Shown: positions 23,602 to 33,477 of the stretch, one piece after another
How the letters are laid out: the number at the start of each line of letters is the position of its first letter
Numbering within the stretch: the first letter of the stretch is position 1
Assembly: GCF_965237495.1 (NCBI RefSeq)
Contig: NZ_OZ250143.1
Location: 2,533,809-2,597,808 of the forward strand
Direction: 5' to 3'
DNA: 64,000 nucleotides
DNA from: Candidatus Palauibacter sp.
GTDB lineage: Bacteria; Gemmatimonadota; Gemmatimonadetes; Palauibacterales; Palauibacteraceae
Made by a program: the position numbers and the translations under genes
The notes under the pieces: generated by a model
What the model was told of the DNA's origin: nothing
Databases searched by the model: none
The model's input: only the letters and a program-made list of their open reading frames with translations

Positions 23602-24747
23602 TCAGTCGCGCGAGTCGGGAATATCCTCCAGCGTCATTACCCGAAGCACGAGATCCCCCTGCCGCGAAATGCCTTGCTTACGGAAGATCCGCTTCGCGTG
23701 CGCGCGCACGGTCCCCTCTGATCGGCCCTTCGACCGGGCAATGTCCCTGATGGTATGGCCGGCGGCCAATTCCACGGCCACCTCGCTCTCCATCGGCGTG
23801 AGGCCGAGAGCCGCCGCGACGAGCTTCGGATCGATCCGGCTGCGGCGGGCCGGATCCACGACCAGCACCAGTGCGGCGACCTGCCGCCCATGCCATTCGG
23901 GATGCGGCTCGCCCACCGGATTGATGTGAATGACCAGAGGCGTTGGAGCGAGGGAGCGCGTGATCAACATCGAGCCGGCGCGGCCCTGGGCACCGAACGG
24001 CGGCAACGCGTTCGCCAGCAAGCGCGACAGCTCGGAGTTCTCCATCGGCAACGAGGCGCGCAGGAATCCTCCCTCGTCGCCCAGCCCAGCGCCCTCCTTG
24101 AGGAAGGTCAGCGCTCGGTCGTTCGCCGTCACGATCCGCCCGCGCTGGTCCAGTTGGATGACCCCCAGACGGGTGCTGTCGAGTAGCCCGCTGAGGGATG
24201 TCCCGAGCGCCCTGGCCTCAGCCAGCTGTTGGCGCATACTCACGTACCGGAATACATGCGGCTGAAGATGGTGGATCAGGCGGACTTGAGCAGACGTCCA
24301 GTCCTCTTCCAACGAGTCGGCAAGGATCCACGCGACGTGGGAGCCCGAGGGCCCGGCCTGGCGCACATGGAGACCGTTCTGCGCCTCCGTATCGAGGAGC
24401 GCCTCGTATGCCGGTGAGTTCCTTTTCTCCCGCTCCGTGTACAGATCGGGCGTGTGCAACAGTTCACCGCCAGGCTGTCGAAGGACGCGCGGGACGCGTG
24501 GATCCCACGGGAAATAGTCCTCGAAATACTTGCGCTCCCAATCCTCGCGGCGTTGTCCATTCAACCAGAACCGGGCGAATGAGACCTCCATGTCGGCCGG
24601 AGAACACCCGTCAAGGAGAAGCAGGACACTTCCCCGCGTCCCGCAAGTCTCGTTCAACTGGCAAGCTGCATCGAACGAGCGCGTATCGTCGAGCGTGGCC
24701 TCGTGCAGCAATGCCAGAGTACGATTCAACGGATCCTGTGCCCTCAC
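23602..24747 (-). CDS. LuxR-family transcriptional regulator with an uncharacterised ~300-aa N-terminal domain (paralog 1)
   Basis: C-terminal HTH LTPMESEVAVELAAGHTIRDIARSKGRSEGTVRAHAKRIFRKQGISRQGDLV (GerE/LuxR type). Confidence 0.75.
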   Translation of the reverse strand: MRAQDPLNRTLALLHEATLDDTRSFDAACQLNETCGTRGSVLLLLDGCSPADMEVSFARFWLNGQRREDWERKYFEDYFPWDPRVPRVLRQPGGELLHTPDLYTEREKRNSPAYEALLDTEAQNGLHVRQAGPSGSHVAWILADSLEEDWTSAQVRLIHHLQPHVFRYVSMRQQLAEARALGTSLSGLLDSTRLGVIQLDQRGRIVTANDRALTFLKEGAGLGDEGGFLRASLPMENSELSRLLANALPPFGAQGRAGSMLITRSLAPTPLVIHINPVGEPHPEWHGRQVAALVLVVDPARRSRIDPKLVAAALGLTPMESEVAVELAAGHTIRDIARSKGRSEGTVRAHAKRIFRKQGISRQGDLVLRVMTLEDIPDSRD

Positions 24748-24832
24748 GAGTCTCCCCTTCCGGTCGATGATCCAGCCAATCGTAAGAGCCCCGGGTGCCC
24801 CACGTACATAGCCCGGATCGGGTAGCCGGGAT

Positions 24833-25984
24833 TCACCCGCGAGACTCCGGAATGCCCCCCAGCTTCAGCACCCGTCGCACCAGATCGACCTGCCGGGAAA
24901 TGCCCTGCTTTCGGAAAATCTGCTTCATGTGCCAGCGTACGGTCTGCTCCGTACGGCCCGTCGAAAGGGCAATTTCGCGCACGGTCTGGCCGGCGGCGAG
25001 TGCAACGGCCAGCCGGCTCTCCGTCGGCGTGAGGCCCAGGACCACGGCCACGATCGCAGGATCGATCGGGGTAGGGGTGGCGGGATCCACGACCAGCACG
25101 AGCGCGGCGACCCGCCGAGGCTGTGACTGCAGTTGTTGCTCGCCCACAGGATTGACGTGAAGGGCCAGCGGCCCGCGGGAGGAGGAGCGCCCGACCATCA
25201 TCGAACCGGAAGCGCCCCCGGTGCCGAACCGAGGCACCGCGGACTCCACCAACCGCGACAACTCGGCGTTCTCTGACGGCACACGAATCCCGAGGAACCC
25301 GCGGTCGTCCCTGAGGCGATCGCCCTCCTGAAGCAGATTCCGGGCCCGGTCGTTCGCCGCCACGATGCCGCCGGCCCGATTCAGCTGAATGAGGCCGAAG
25401 CGGGTGCTCTCGAGCAGCTCGCCGAGCGACGCACCCAGCGCTCCGGCTTCGACAAGCGCCTGGCGCACGATCACGAACTGGCGCACATGCGGCTGAAGAC
25501 GTTCGATCATCTCGACTTGATCGGCCCCCCAGCCCCCCGGCTCGGTGGAGTCGGCTGTAACCCATGCGATGTGCGATCCCTCCGGACCATCGAGGCGCAT
25601 GTGGAGACCGTCCTGTGCCTCGATGTCGCGCAACGCCTCATTGTAGGTGGGGGAGGTCTTCTTCTCGCGATCCGTGTACACTTCGCCGGTGTGCACCAGC
25701 TGGCCGTGAGGCAGTCGGAAGAGGCGCGGGATGCGTTCATCCCGGGGCCAGTAGTCCTCGAAATACCTGCACACCCAGTCCTCGCGGGGTTCCCGACCGA
25801 GACAGAGCTCCGCGTAGAAGATCTCCGCGTCGGACTGTGAATACCCGGTGGAGAACGACAAGCCACTGCCTCGCGTCCGGATGGCCCGACTGATCAGGCA
25901 AGCCGCCTCGGGCCAGGCGGCGTGGCCCAGGGCCGCATCCTGCAGCTGCCTCACGGTACGCTCGAACACATCCACGGAACTCAT
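24833..25984 (-). CDS. LuxR-family transcriptional regulator (paralog 2)
   Basis: Same architecture as paralog 1, from a side-by-side read of the two ORFs (the shorter fragment copy is ~88% nt identical to this one over ~370 nt). Confidence 0.75.
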   Translation of the reverse strand: MSSVDVFERTVRQLQDAALGHAAWPEAACLISRAIRTRGSGLSFSTGYSQSDAEIFYAELCLGREPREDWVCRYFEDYWPRDERIPRLFRLPHGQLVHTGEVYTDREKKTSPTYNEALRDIEAQDGLHMRLDGPEGSHIAWVTADSTEPGGWGADQVEMIERLQPHVRQFVIVRQALVEAGALGASLGELLESTRFGLIQLNRAGGIVAANDRARNLLQEGDRLRDDRGFLGIRVPSENAELSRLVESAVPRFGTGGASGSMMVGRSSSRGPLALHVNPVGEQQLQSQPRRVAALVLVVDPATPTPIDPAIVAVVLGLTPTESRLAVALAAGQTVREIALSTGRTEQTVRWHMKQIFRKQGISRQVDLVRRVLKLGGIPESRG

Positions 25985-26309
25985 AAAGCCTCGTCTGCCC
26001 GGGGAGGACGGCGCGCTAGAGCTAGAGTGCGCATCTTTCCTTATGCTACCTAATATTGGGGATCGCGCGCCTGGAAAACGCCCCCAACATTAGGGGGCTG
26101 CTCGCCAGCGGTTCCCCGCCCGGCACGTCACATCCTGGACCCTGGATGCCACCCGGTTGAGGTGTTTTTTCACCAATGGGGGGGGAGTCCACCGCCCCGC
26201 AGTGGTTCGCCAAAGAAACCGCGCGCCGCGTGATCTGTCGTACCACCGCAGACCTGCCAAGGTTCGCAACGGGCACCCGTCGGTCGGCGTGCCACAACCG
26301 GCGACGGAT

Positions 26310-26678
26310 TCAGCCGCGAGAGTCGGGGGCGCCCCCCAACATCAGCACCCGCCGCACCAGATCCACCTGCCGTGAAATGCCCTGCTTTCGGAGAATCCGC
26401 TTCATGTGCCAGCGTACGGTCTGCTCCGTGCGGCCCGTCGAAAGGGCCATGTCGCGCACGGTTTGGCCGGCGGCCAGGGCAACGGCCAACTCGCTCTCCG
26501 TCGTGGTGAGGCCCAGGGCCGCCGCCACGAGCGCCGGATCGATCGGTGCGGGGGTGGCTGGATCCAGGACCAGAATGAGCGCCGCGACCCGCCGAGCCTG
26601 GCAATGTGGTTGTTGCTCGCCCACGGGACTGATGTGAAGGATCAGCGGTCCGCGGGAGGAGGAGCGCCCGACCATCAT
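26310..26678 (-). pseudogene. truncated LuxR paralog: HTH-only 3' fragment (122-aa ORF)
   Basis: Nucleotide comparison 26310-26680 vs 24833-25205 gives ~88% identity. The N-terminal two-thirds are absent. The frame continues upstream to the CRTAC1 stop codon. Confidence 0.55.
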
Positions 26679-26735
26679 CGAACCGGCGGCGCCCCCAGAA
26701 TCAGGGGAGGATGATCCCGCGTTCTTGCAGAGCGT

Positions 26736-28970
26736 TCAGATGCCGCCGAGGCGGATGGTGGGTCGCTCCAGCGGCTCGGCGGTGCCGGTGCCCTCGCGGA
26801 TGCGGTAGGCGCGGTCCAGGGCGAGGTCCGTGAGCCGGTCCACCGTGCCCGAACCCGGCCAGCGAATCTCGACCGACTCGATTCGTGTCGCCCGGCCCAG
26901 CCCGATCTCCTGGCGGAGCGGGTTCGACCCGAAGCTGCCGCCGGTGCCTGCCGAGCGGTGGATCCGTCGCAGGCCGTCCGGGCCCTCGACAGTCAGGGTG
27001 ATGCGAGCCCCGATCCCCGGCCGGTTGGCCCGGTCGCCCTCCAGCGTGAGCGCGATCCAGCGGTTGCCGAACCCCGGGTTCTCATAGAGGGCGTTGGGCG
27101 AGAGGTCCCCCTCGTTGGCGCCGCCGAGTTCCATGTGGACGTCGGTATCCCCGTCGTTGTCGATGTCCACGAAGGAGACGCCGTGCCCCTTGTCGAGGCG
27201 CCCGAACCCGCCGGCCCCGGTCACTTCCACGAACCCTTCGCCGAGGTTGCGGAACATCCGGTTCGGCATCAGCTGCCGGAGGTCGGGGTCCCCGGTGCCG
27301 ACGAGGAAGTCCAGCCAGCCGTCGCCGTCGAGGTCGCCGTAGTTCGAGCCCATCGCGTACATGATGCGGTCGAGCCCCTGCACGGCCGTGACGTCGGCGA
27401 AGGTGCCGTCTCCCAGGTTCCGGTACAGGCGGGGGAGTTCGGCGGAGTGCGACTCCCCCGTCATCTCCCGCACGAGGTCGGCGGTCTGCGCGGCGTAGCC
27501 CGCCACGTAGATGTCCAGCCGCCCGTCGTTGTCGAAGTCCCAGAACCAGGTGGGGAAGCTCGCCAGCGGCTCTCCCACACCGGCCCGCTCGGTCACGTCC
27601 TCGAACCCCCACCCGCCGCCGGCGTCCGGACCCAGATTCCGGTACAAACGGTTGGGGGCGTGGAGGATCGACACATATAGATCCGGGCGCCCGTCGTCAT
27701 CGTAGTCTCCCCACGTCACACCTTTCACGAATGCGGCCACGTCCAGGCCGACCTCTGCCGTCACCTCCTCGAAGGTGCCGTCGCCCCGGTTCCGGTAGAG
27801 TTCGCTGCGGTGCGTGAGGCTGTCCCTCGACTCGTTACCGATGAAGAGGTCGAGCCAGCCATCGCCGTCGAAGTCGGCCCACGCGCCGGTCTGGGTCGGG
27901 TGCTCGGAGTAGAGTCCCGCCTCGCGGGTCACGTCCGTGAAGAATCCCCCGTCGTTGCGGAGGAGTGAGTTGGGATACGCCTGCACGAGCCAGCCGCCGC
28001 GCAGGACGAGGACGTCCGCGTCACCGTCGTTGTCGTAGTCGGTGTGAACGAGGTTGAGGCCGCCGAGGAGCCCTTCCAGCCCCGCCGCCTCGGTGCGGTC
28101 GACGAACCGCCCCGCGCCGTTGCTCTCGAAGTAGCGGAGCTGGTGCAGGAGACCACGGGAGGAGGTCATGACGTCGGGAAGGCCGTCGCCGTTCAGGTCG
28201 TCCACGATCGCACCGCCGGAGAGGGAGACCGCGTCCAGGCCGGCGCGGCGGGCGACTTCCTCGAAGCGGGGGAGGTCGCCCGGACCGCCCAGCGCGGCTG
28301 CGTCGAGCCGATACCCGGGCGGGACGCTGTCGGGCCACACTCCCTGGGTGATCGCGGCCAGGTTCAGGATCCAGCGGGCCCGGAGGTCGTCGGGGCGCAG
28401 CGCCAGGAGGGAGAGGTGCCACCCTCTGGCGGCGGCGAGGGCGGCACGCGCCGAGTCGGAGACAAGGACCGGGGCGGCCGCTGGCACGGCCGGCCAGCAG
28501 GGGAACCGCTGCCCGATCTCGGCGACCGTTCCGGCGCGCGGACGATTGGATGGGCAGACGAGTTCAGCCCCCAGCCGCAGGAACGCGACCCCGATCAGCT
28601 CCTCGACCTCGCGGCGGAACCCCGGGACCGGCTCGGCCGGCACCTCCTCCAGCGTCTGATCGAGGAAGATGAGTTGTTCGAGCGCCGGCTGCGTGAGCCC
28701 CGCGTTGAGGAGTTCCCGCGCGGCGCTGGCCACGCGGACCAGCATCTCCGCCGGGTCCGCCGACGGCGGCAGGCTCGTGTAGTAACGCAGGCGCGCGGTG
28801 TTGAGTTGCTCGTCAAGGAGCGGGTCCGCGGAGTCGGCCAGCGCCCGCAGGCGGACGGCCATCTCGGCGGTCTGCCGCGCGGCCCCGGCCGGCGACTCGG
28901 CCGATTCGCCGCAGCCCGCCAGGAGCGCGACCGCCAACACCCCGGCCGCCAGCAGCGGCGACCCGCGCAT
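26736..28970 (-). CDS. CRTAC1 / ASPIC-UnbV family FG-GAP (VCBS) repeat lipoprotein
   Basis: Lipoprotein signal MRGSPLLAAGVLAVALLAGC. Repeated FG-GAP motifs (DxDGDGxxD, YRNxGxGxFxDVT) and a C-terminal UnbV_ASPIC-like region. Start at an internal ATG ~28970. Confidence 0.8.
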   Translation of the reverse strand: MRGSPLLAAGVLAVALLAGCGESAESPAGAARQTAEMAVRLRALADSADPLLDEQLNTARLRYYTSLPPSADPAEMLVRVASAARELLNAGLTQPALEQLIFLDQTLEEVPAEPVPGFRREVEELIGVAFLRLGAELVCPSNRPRAGTVAEIGQRFPCWPAVPAAAPVLVSDSARAALAAARGWHLSLLALRPDDLRARWILNLAAITQGVWPDSVPPGYRLDAAALGGPGDLPRFEEVARRAGLDAVSLSGGAIVDDLNGDGLPDVMTSSRGLLHQLRYFESNGAGRFVDRTEAAGLEGLLGGLNLVHTDYDNDGDADVLVLRGGWLVQAYPNSLLRNDGGFFTDVTREAGLYSEHPTQTGAWADFDGDGWLDLFIGNESRDSLTHRSELYRNRGDGTFEEVTAEVGLDVAAFVKGVTWGDYDDDGRPDLYVSILHAPNRLYRNLGPDAGGGWGFEDVTERAGVGEPLASFPTWFWDFDNDGRLDIYVAGYAAQTADLVREMTGESHSAELPRLYRNLGDGTFADVTAVQGLDRIMYAMGSNYGDLDGDGWLDFLVGTGDPDLRQLMPNRMFRNLGEGFVEVTGAGGFGRLDKGHGVSFVDIDNDGDTDVHMELGGANEGDLSPNALYENPGFGNRWIALTLEGDRANRPGIGARITLTVEGPDGLRRIHRSAGTGGSFGSNPLRQEIGLGRATRIESVEIRWPGSGTVDRLTDLALDRAYRIREGTGTAEPLERPTIRLGGI

Positions 28971-29008
28971 CTTCAGGGGACGCGCGCGCGCGGACCCGCG
29001 GGCGTGGC

Positions 29009-32000
29009 TCACGACCCTTCCCCTCTCCTCAACGTCACCTCCAGTGTGCCGGTCTCCACCTCGAACACCTCCTCGGTACCGTCCGTCCACCGGACCGTCA
29101 CTGCGCGGATATCCGCCGCGCGCCCGAACACCTGTACCGGGCCGTTGAGCGACCAGTAGCCGCTCCCGGCCTGGATCTCACGCACAGGCCCCTCGGCGCC
29201 GTCGCGGTACCTCGGGCGCAGTCGCGCCCCGATCGCGCCGGGGGAGCCGCCGCCCGGCAACAGCCGGACGCGCAGCCCCGGCAGCCCGCCCCGGCCCCGG
29301 AAGATGAGGGTCTCGGCCCCGTTCTGCCCGACCGCCAGGTCCCAGCGCCCATCAGCGTCGAAGTCCGCCGCGGCGGCCCCGCGGGCGTCCCCGTACACCT
29401 CGACGCCGCTTTCGGGGGCGTCGAGGATCCGAAAGCCGCCGCGGCCGTCGCCGAGCAGCAGCGCGCCGCGGCCCGCGTCGTGACGGGGGAGCCCCCGGGG
29501 CGTCGCGAGGTAGTTCTGCGCCAGGAAGAGATCCTCATGGCCGTCCCGGTCGAAGTCCGCCACCGCCACGCCGAACGCGGGGGCCATCTGGGCGCCGGCG
29601 GGGAGCGGGCGCGCCTCGAACCCGCCTCCGTTTCCGGGCTCTCCCGGACGGTTGAGGAACACCGTGTGGCGAAGGGTGGAGGCGCTCGTCCGGTACAGCC
29701 CGGTGCGCCCGCCGCCCAGCAGATCCTCGACCGAGGCTCGGGCGAAGGCCTCGAACGTCGGCGCCGCGCGCCGCAGGAAGGGGAGCGTGCGGCCGAGTGT
29801 GAGATAGTCGCGCACGGGGCGCGCCACCCCATCCTGCCCCGTCTCGACCTCGATGAGATCGACGAGTCCGTTCCCGTCGAAGTCGGAGGCGACGACGCCG
29901 ACCGGGCGGTCGGCGGTCGCCACGAGCCCCGTGTTGTCGCCCCAGGCCGTCACCACAAGGTCGGAGCGCCCATCCCCGTTGAAATCGCCCGTCGCGATGC
30001 CGTTCCAGCGGCCGGTGTGCGCTCCCAGGCCCCAGGCGTCCGTCACGTCCGTGAAGCAGCCGCCGTCGTTCTCGAGCAGCCGTACGGGCCCCCACTCCAC
30101 GGCAAGGGCGAGGTCGGGGTCGCCGTCCCCGTCGACATCGGAGAACACCGCCCCCGAGACGAGCCCGATCCCCCGCAGCGTCGCGGCGGCGGCCGCGTCG
30201 ACCGTCCAGGCGTCGCCGTCGGCGAGCAGGAGCCTCGAGTCGGCCGGCCGGGGGTAGGCGCCGGGGGTTGCGCGGGCGCCGACGAAGAGGTCGAGATCGC
30301 CGTCTCCGTCGACATCGGCGGCCGCCAGGGGCCCCGTCGCGTGGGGGCTCGGCGGCACGGCCGGCGGGGGGCCCGCATCGAGGCGGGCGAGGGGCGGGAT
30401 CGCGTAGAGGTCGGCCGACGAGCGAGCCTCCCAGCTGCTCACGCCCGCGAGGATGACCGGGCGGGCGGCCGTGGGCAGCGCGAGGATCGACGTGTGGTCG
30501 CCGACGGCCGGGGCGCCGAACGGCACCGGGTCCGCGAGCCGACCCGCTTCATTGATCGCGAGTTGGGCGCGGCCTCCCGCCCCCGCGCCGACGAGCAGGT
30601 CGGGGTCACCATCCGCATCGACGTCCGCCCACGCCACGCCCGGGCCGCTCCGCGACAGCTCGAGCGGCACGAGCGGCTGCCGGGCCAGCTCATCGAACGT
30701 CGATTCGCCGTGCCGGCCGACCGGCTCCGGACCCGCGAACAGCGCCGGGCCGCCTCCCGCGCCGGCCGCCCCGCGCATCGCGGGCTCCCCGCCCGCGGCG
30801 TCCCCGGGCGGCGCGACCTCGTACGCGCGATTCGCGGACACCCGCAGCGTCCGGCGGCGCCCCGAGGGCCACACGATCGTCGCCTCCGCGGCGGCCCTCT
30901 CCCCCATCGCGAAGGTGAGCCCCGGATCCGAACCCGACAGGTACAGCCCGCCCGACGTCAGCTGGCGGGTCTGGGCCGGGAGCGCCCCCCCGCCGGCGAG
31001 CACGACCCGCGCCCCGATCGCCTGCGTGTTCCCCCCTTCCCCGCGCACGCGCAGGGCGACCCGCGCGCCCCCCGCGTCGTTCCGCAGCACGAGGGGCGGC
31101 TCGTCCAGCCGCGTGATCACGACGTCCCGGTCCCCGTCCCGGTCGAAGTCGGCCGCGGCGAGCCCGTGGCTCACGTCGGGCTCCACCCCGTATCCCCACG
31201 TGCGGCCCATCTCGGCGAAGGTGCCGTCGCCCCGGTTCCGGAAGGCGAGATTGCGCAGCCGCAGCGGCGGGAACACCCCGAGTTCCTCGCGCCAGTCCAC
31301 CTGGATGCGGCCGGTCCGCAGCGCTTCCTGCGTGTCCCCGTCGAGCGGGTCCCACCCGTGCCCGTTCGTGATCAGGAGGTCCTCGTAGCCGTCGAGGTCG
31401 ACGTCGAGAAACATCGCCCCCCACGTCCACTCCGAAGCGTCGAGCCCGGCGGCGCGGGCCGTCTCCGCCCACGTCCCGTCCCCGCGGTTGAGTTGCAGCG
31501 TGTTGCGGTCCGCGGACCTCCGCGCGGCATGTTCCCCGGGGGACGTCCGCACCGCCGCCCCGAGCGACACCTGCTCGCGCCGCCGCACCGGATCAAGGGC
31601 CAGCATCTCCGTCGTCACGAAGTCCGTATCGCCGTCGCCATCGATGTCCGAGAAGTCGACCCCCATCGACGAAGTGCTCTCGGTGCGGAAGGCGAGACCC
31701 GACGCGGCCACGAAGATCCCGCCCTCGTTGAGCCAGAACCCGTCCCGGCTCCCGAGGTCGTTGGCGACGAAGAGATCCGCGTCTCCGTCGTCGTCCGCAT
31801 CGAAGAAGCGCGCCGCCAGTCCCCACTCCCGGGGCACCTCCGTGACCGCCTCACCGTCCGCGCTCCGGAAGGCGCCGCCCCCGAGGTCCACCGGCTCGAA
31901 GCGACCCGTCCCGTCGTTCAGATAGAACTCGTCGGGGTCCGCGAGTTCGAACCGCAACGCCCGCTCCCCTTCGAGGCGCATCCGGTAGTGCGCGTCGTAC

Positions 32001-32719
32001 GGAGGCGTCACCACGAGTTCGTCCCCCACCCGCTCCGCGAGCCCCCGCAGACTCCGCTCCTCGGGGCCGAACAGGTCGTCCCCCTGGATCGTCTTGTAGT
32101 TGGCGAAGTAGGCGTCGAGGTCCTCGTCTCCGTCGACATCGGCCAGCGCCACCGTGCTGCTCCCCCAGGCGCCCTCGAACCCCGCGTCACGTTCCTCGAA
32201 GACCCCGCTCCCGTCGTTCAGAAGGAGCGCGTTCGTCTCCCCGTGGACGGCCACGATCAAGTCCAGGTCTCCGTCTCCGTCCGCATCGGCGAGGACGGCG
32301 CCGCGCGACAGCCGATCCGCGAGCGCCGTCCCGGAGCGTCCGGTCACGTCCTCGAAGCGCCACCCGCCGAGGTTGCGGTAGAGGACGTTCGGCCGGTCGA
32401 GCATGCACAGGTAGAGATCGACCCACCCGTCCCCGTCCACGTCGCCGAGGGCGACCCCGACCCCGTGGATGAGCGTCCGGTTCGCGAGCCGTGCCTCCCG
32501 CGAGACGGAGGACGTCGCCGTGATCCCGGTCCGGTCCGGCGAGAGCCGCGTGAAGCCGCCGCCGGGCTCACCCTCGAACCGGAGCGTTCGCTCGCGGGCG
32601 CCCTCCCCCTCGATCCAATCGATCGAGACGGGCGGCGGAGAGTTCTCGCAGGCGCCGAAGAAGATGACCCCGATAGTCGAGGCGAGAAGGGCACGGAGGC
32701 CGGAGGGTCTCGCGGCCAA
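29009..32719 (-). CDS. large ASPIC-UnbV / FG-GAP repeat lipoprotein (1236 aa)
   Basis: Signal GVIFFGAC; a dozen or more FG-GAP-like repeats (DVDGDGxxDL, LxNxGxGxF); adjacent to the paralogous CRTAC1-like gene. Confidence 0.8.
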   Translation of the reverse strand: MAARPSGLRALLASTIGVIFFGACENSPPPVSIDWIEGEGARERTLRFEGEPGGGFTRLSPDRTGITATSSVSREARLANRTLIHGVGVALGDVDGDGWVDLYLCMLDRPNVLYRNLGGWRFEDVTGRSGTALADRLSRGAVLADADGDGDLDLIVAVHGETNALLLNDGSGVFEERDAGFEGAWGSSTVALADVDGDEDLDAYFANYKTIQGDDLFGPEERSLRGLAERVGDELVVTPPYDAHYRMRLEGERALRFELADPDEFYLNDGTGRFEPVDLGGGAFRSADGEAVTEVPREWGLAARFFDADDDGDADLFVANDLGSRDGFWLNEGGIFVAASGLAFRTESTSSMGVDFSDIDGDGDTDFVTTEMLALDPVRRREQVSLGAAVRTSPGEHAARRSADRNTLQLNRGDGTWAETARAAGLDASEWTWGAMFLDVDLDGYEDLLITNGHGWDPLDGDTQEALRTGRIQVDWREELGVFPPLRLRNLAFRNRGDGTFAEMGRTWGYGVEPDVSHGLAAADFDRDGDRDVVITRLDEPPLVLRNDAGGARVALRVRGEGGNTQAIGARVVLAGGGALPAQTRQLTSGGLYLSGSDPGLTFAMGERAAAEATIVWPSGRRRTLRVSANRAYEVAPPGDAAGGEPAMRGAAGAGGGPALFAGPEPVGRHGESTFDELARQPLVPLELSRSGPGVAWADVDADGDPDLLVGAGAGGRAQLAINEAGRLADPVPFGAPAVGDHTSILALPTAARPVILAGVSSWEARSSADLYAIPPLARLDAGPPPAVPPSPHATGPLAAADVDGDGDLDLFVGARATPGAYPRPADSRLLLADGDAWTVDAAAAATLRGIGLVSGAVFSDVDGDGDPDLALAVEWGPVRLLENDGGCFTDVTDAWGLGAHTGRWNGIATGDFNGDGRSDLVVTAWGDNTGLVATADRPVGVVASDFDGNGLVDLIEVETGQDGVARPVRDYLTLGRTLPFLRRAAPTFEAFARASVEDLLGGGRTGLYRTSASTLRHTVFLNRPGEPGNGGGFEARPLPAGAQMAPAFGVAVADFDRDGHEDLFLAQNYLATPRGLPRHDAGRGALLLGDGRGGFRILDAPESGVEVYGDARGAAAADFDADGRWDLAVGQNGAETLIFRGRGGLPGLRVRLLPGGGSPGAIGARLRPRYRDGAEGPVREIQAGSGYWSLNGPVQVFGRAADIRAVTVRWTDGTEEVFEVETGTLEVTLRRGEGS

Positions 32720-32764
32720 GTCAGCAGCCCGTGGCGGAGAGTCCGCCGCCGGCCGCGGGGCTCG

Positions 32765-33427
32765 CTATTCGCTGTCTCCGCGGAAGACGGACCGCAACGC
32801 CTCCACCGCGTCGGCGGCCGCCTCCGCCACCCGCGTGAACACCTCGGCGAGTTCCCGCTTGCCGGTGCCGACGAGCGGAATGTCGAAGGTGAAGTGGACC
32901 GCGACCCCGGCGGGGCGGACGCTTTCCCGTGGATCGTTCCACCCGCCCCCGGGATCGAGGGCACCCTCGATGTGGACCTCGACCGTGTCGGAGACCGCGC
33001 CCACCTCCTGCGCCACCCGGGTGAGCCGTGAGGCGAGCGCGTCATTCCTGGAGGGGTTCGACTCCCGCTCGTCGAGCCACAGGACCGGCGGCGCGACGTC
33101 GATGTGGACGCACCCGAGCATCACCTCGCCGTCGAGTTCCAGCGGGTCGCCGCCGGGCACGTCCGAGGACGGCTGCGCCAGGTAGGTGGCCAGGCCCTCG
33201 GTCCCGATGTTGATGAGCCCGAGGGCCATCTCGTCGACCGCCAGTTCCACCATGGCCGAGGGCGCGTGGAGCGTGTCGAGCGCGCCGGACTCGAGGATGT
33301 CGAGTTCCGACTGGTCGTACGCGAGCACCCGGAAGAACCACGAGAGCGGTTCCTGCCGGCCCTCGAAGAGGTCGCGCACACCGAGCCCCCGGTCGCGCAG
33401 CGCGCTCAGGAGGAGTCCGCCCAGTTG
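32765..33427 (-). CDS. hypothetical protein
   Basis: The ORF is protein-like from ~VAELTRHQLGG onward. The first Met of the track ORF would overlap the neighbouring gene by 50 nt, so the start is uncertain. Confidence 0.35.
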   Translation of the reverse strand, partial: QLGGLLLSALRDRGLGVRDLFEGRQEPLSWFFRVLAYDQSELDILESGALDTLHAPSAMVELAVDEMALGLINIGTEGLATYLAQPSSDVPGGDPLELDGEVMLGCVHIDVAPPVLWLDERESNPSRNDALASRLTRVAQEVGAVSDTVEVHIEGALDPGGGWNDPRESVRPAGVAVHFTFDIPLVGTGKRELAEVFTRVAEAAADAVEALRSVFRGDSE

Positions 33428-33477
33428 GTGTCGCGTGAGTTCGGCCACGGCCCGTCGAAACCTTCCCGGGGATCCGC

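Noticed and set aside
29480-33031. 1183-aa plus-strand ORF
   Set aside because: Antisense to the ASPIC/FG-GAP lipoprotein; extreme Arg/Pro/Glu/Gly bias and no motifs.
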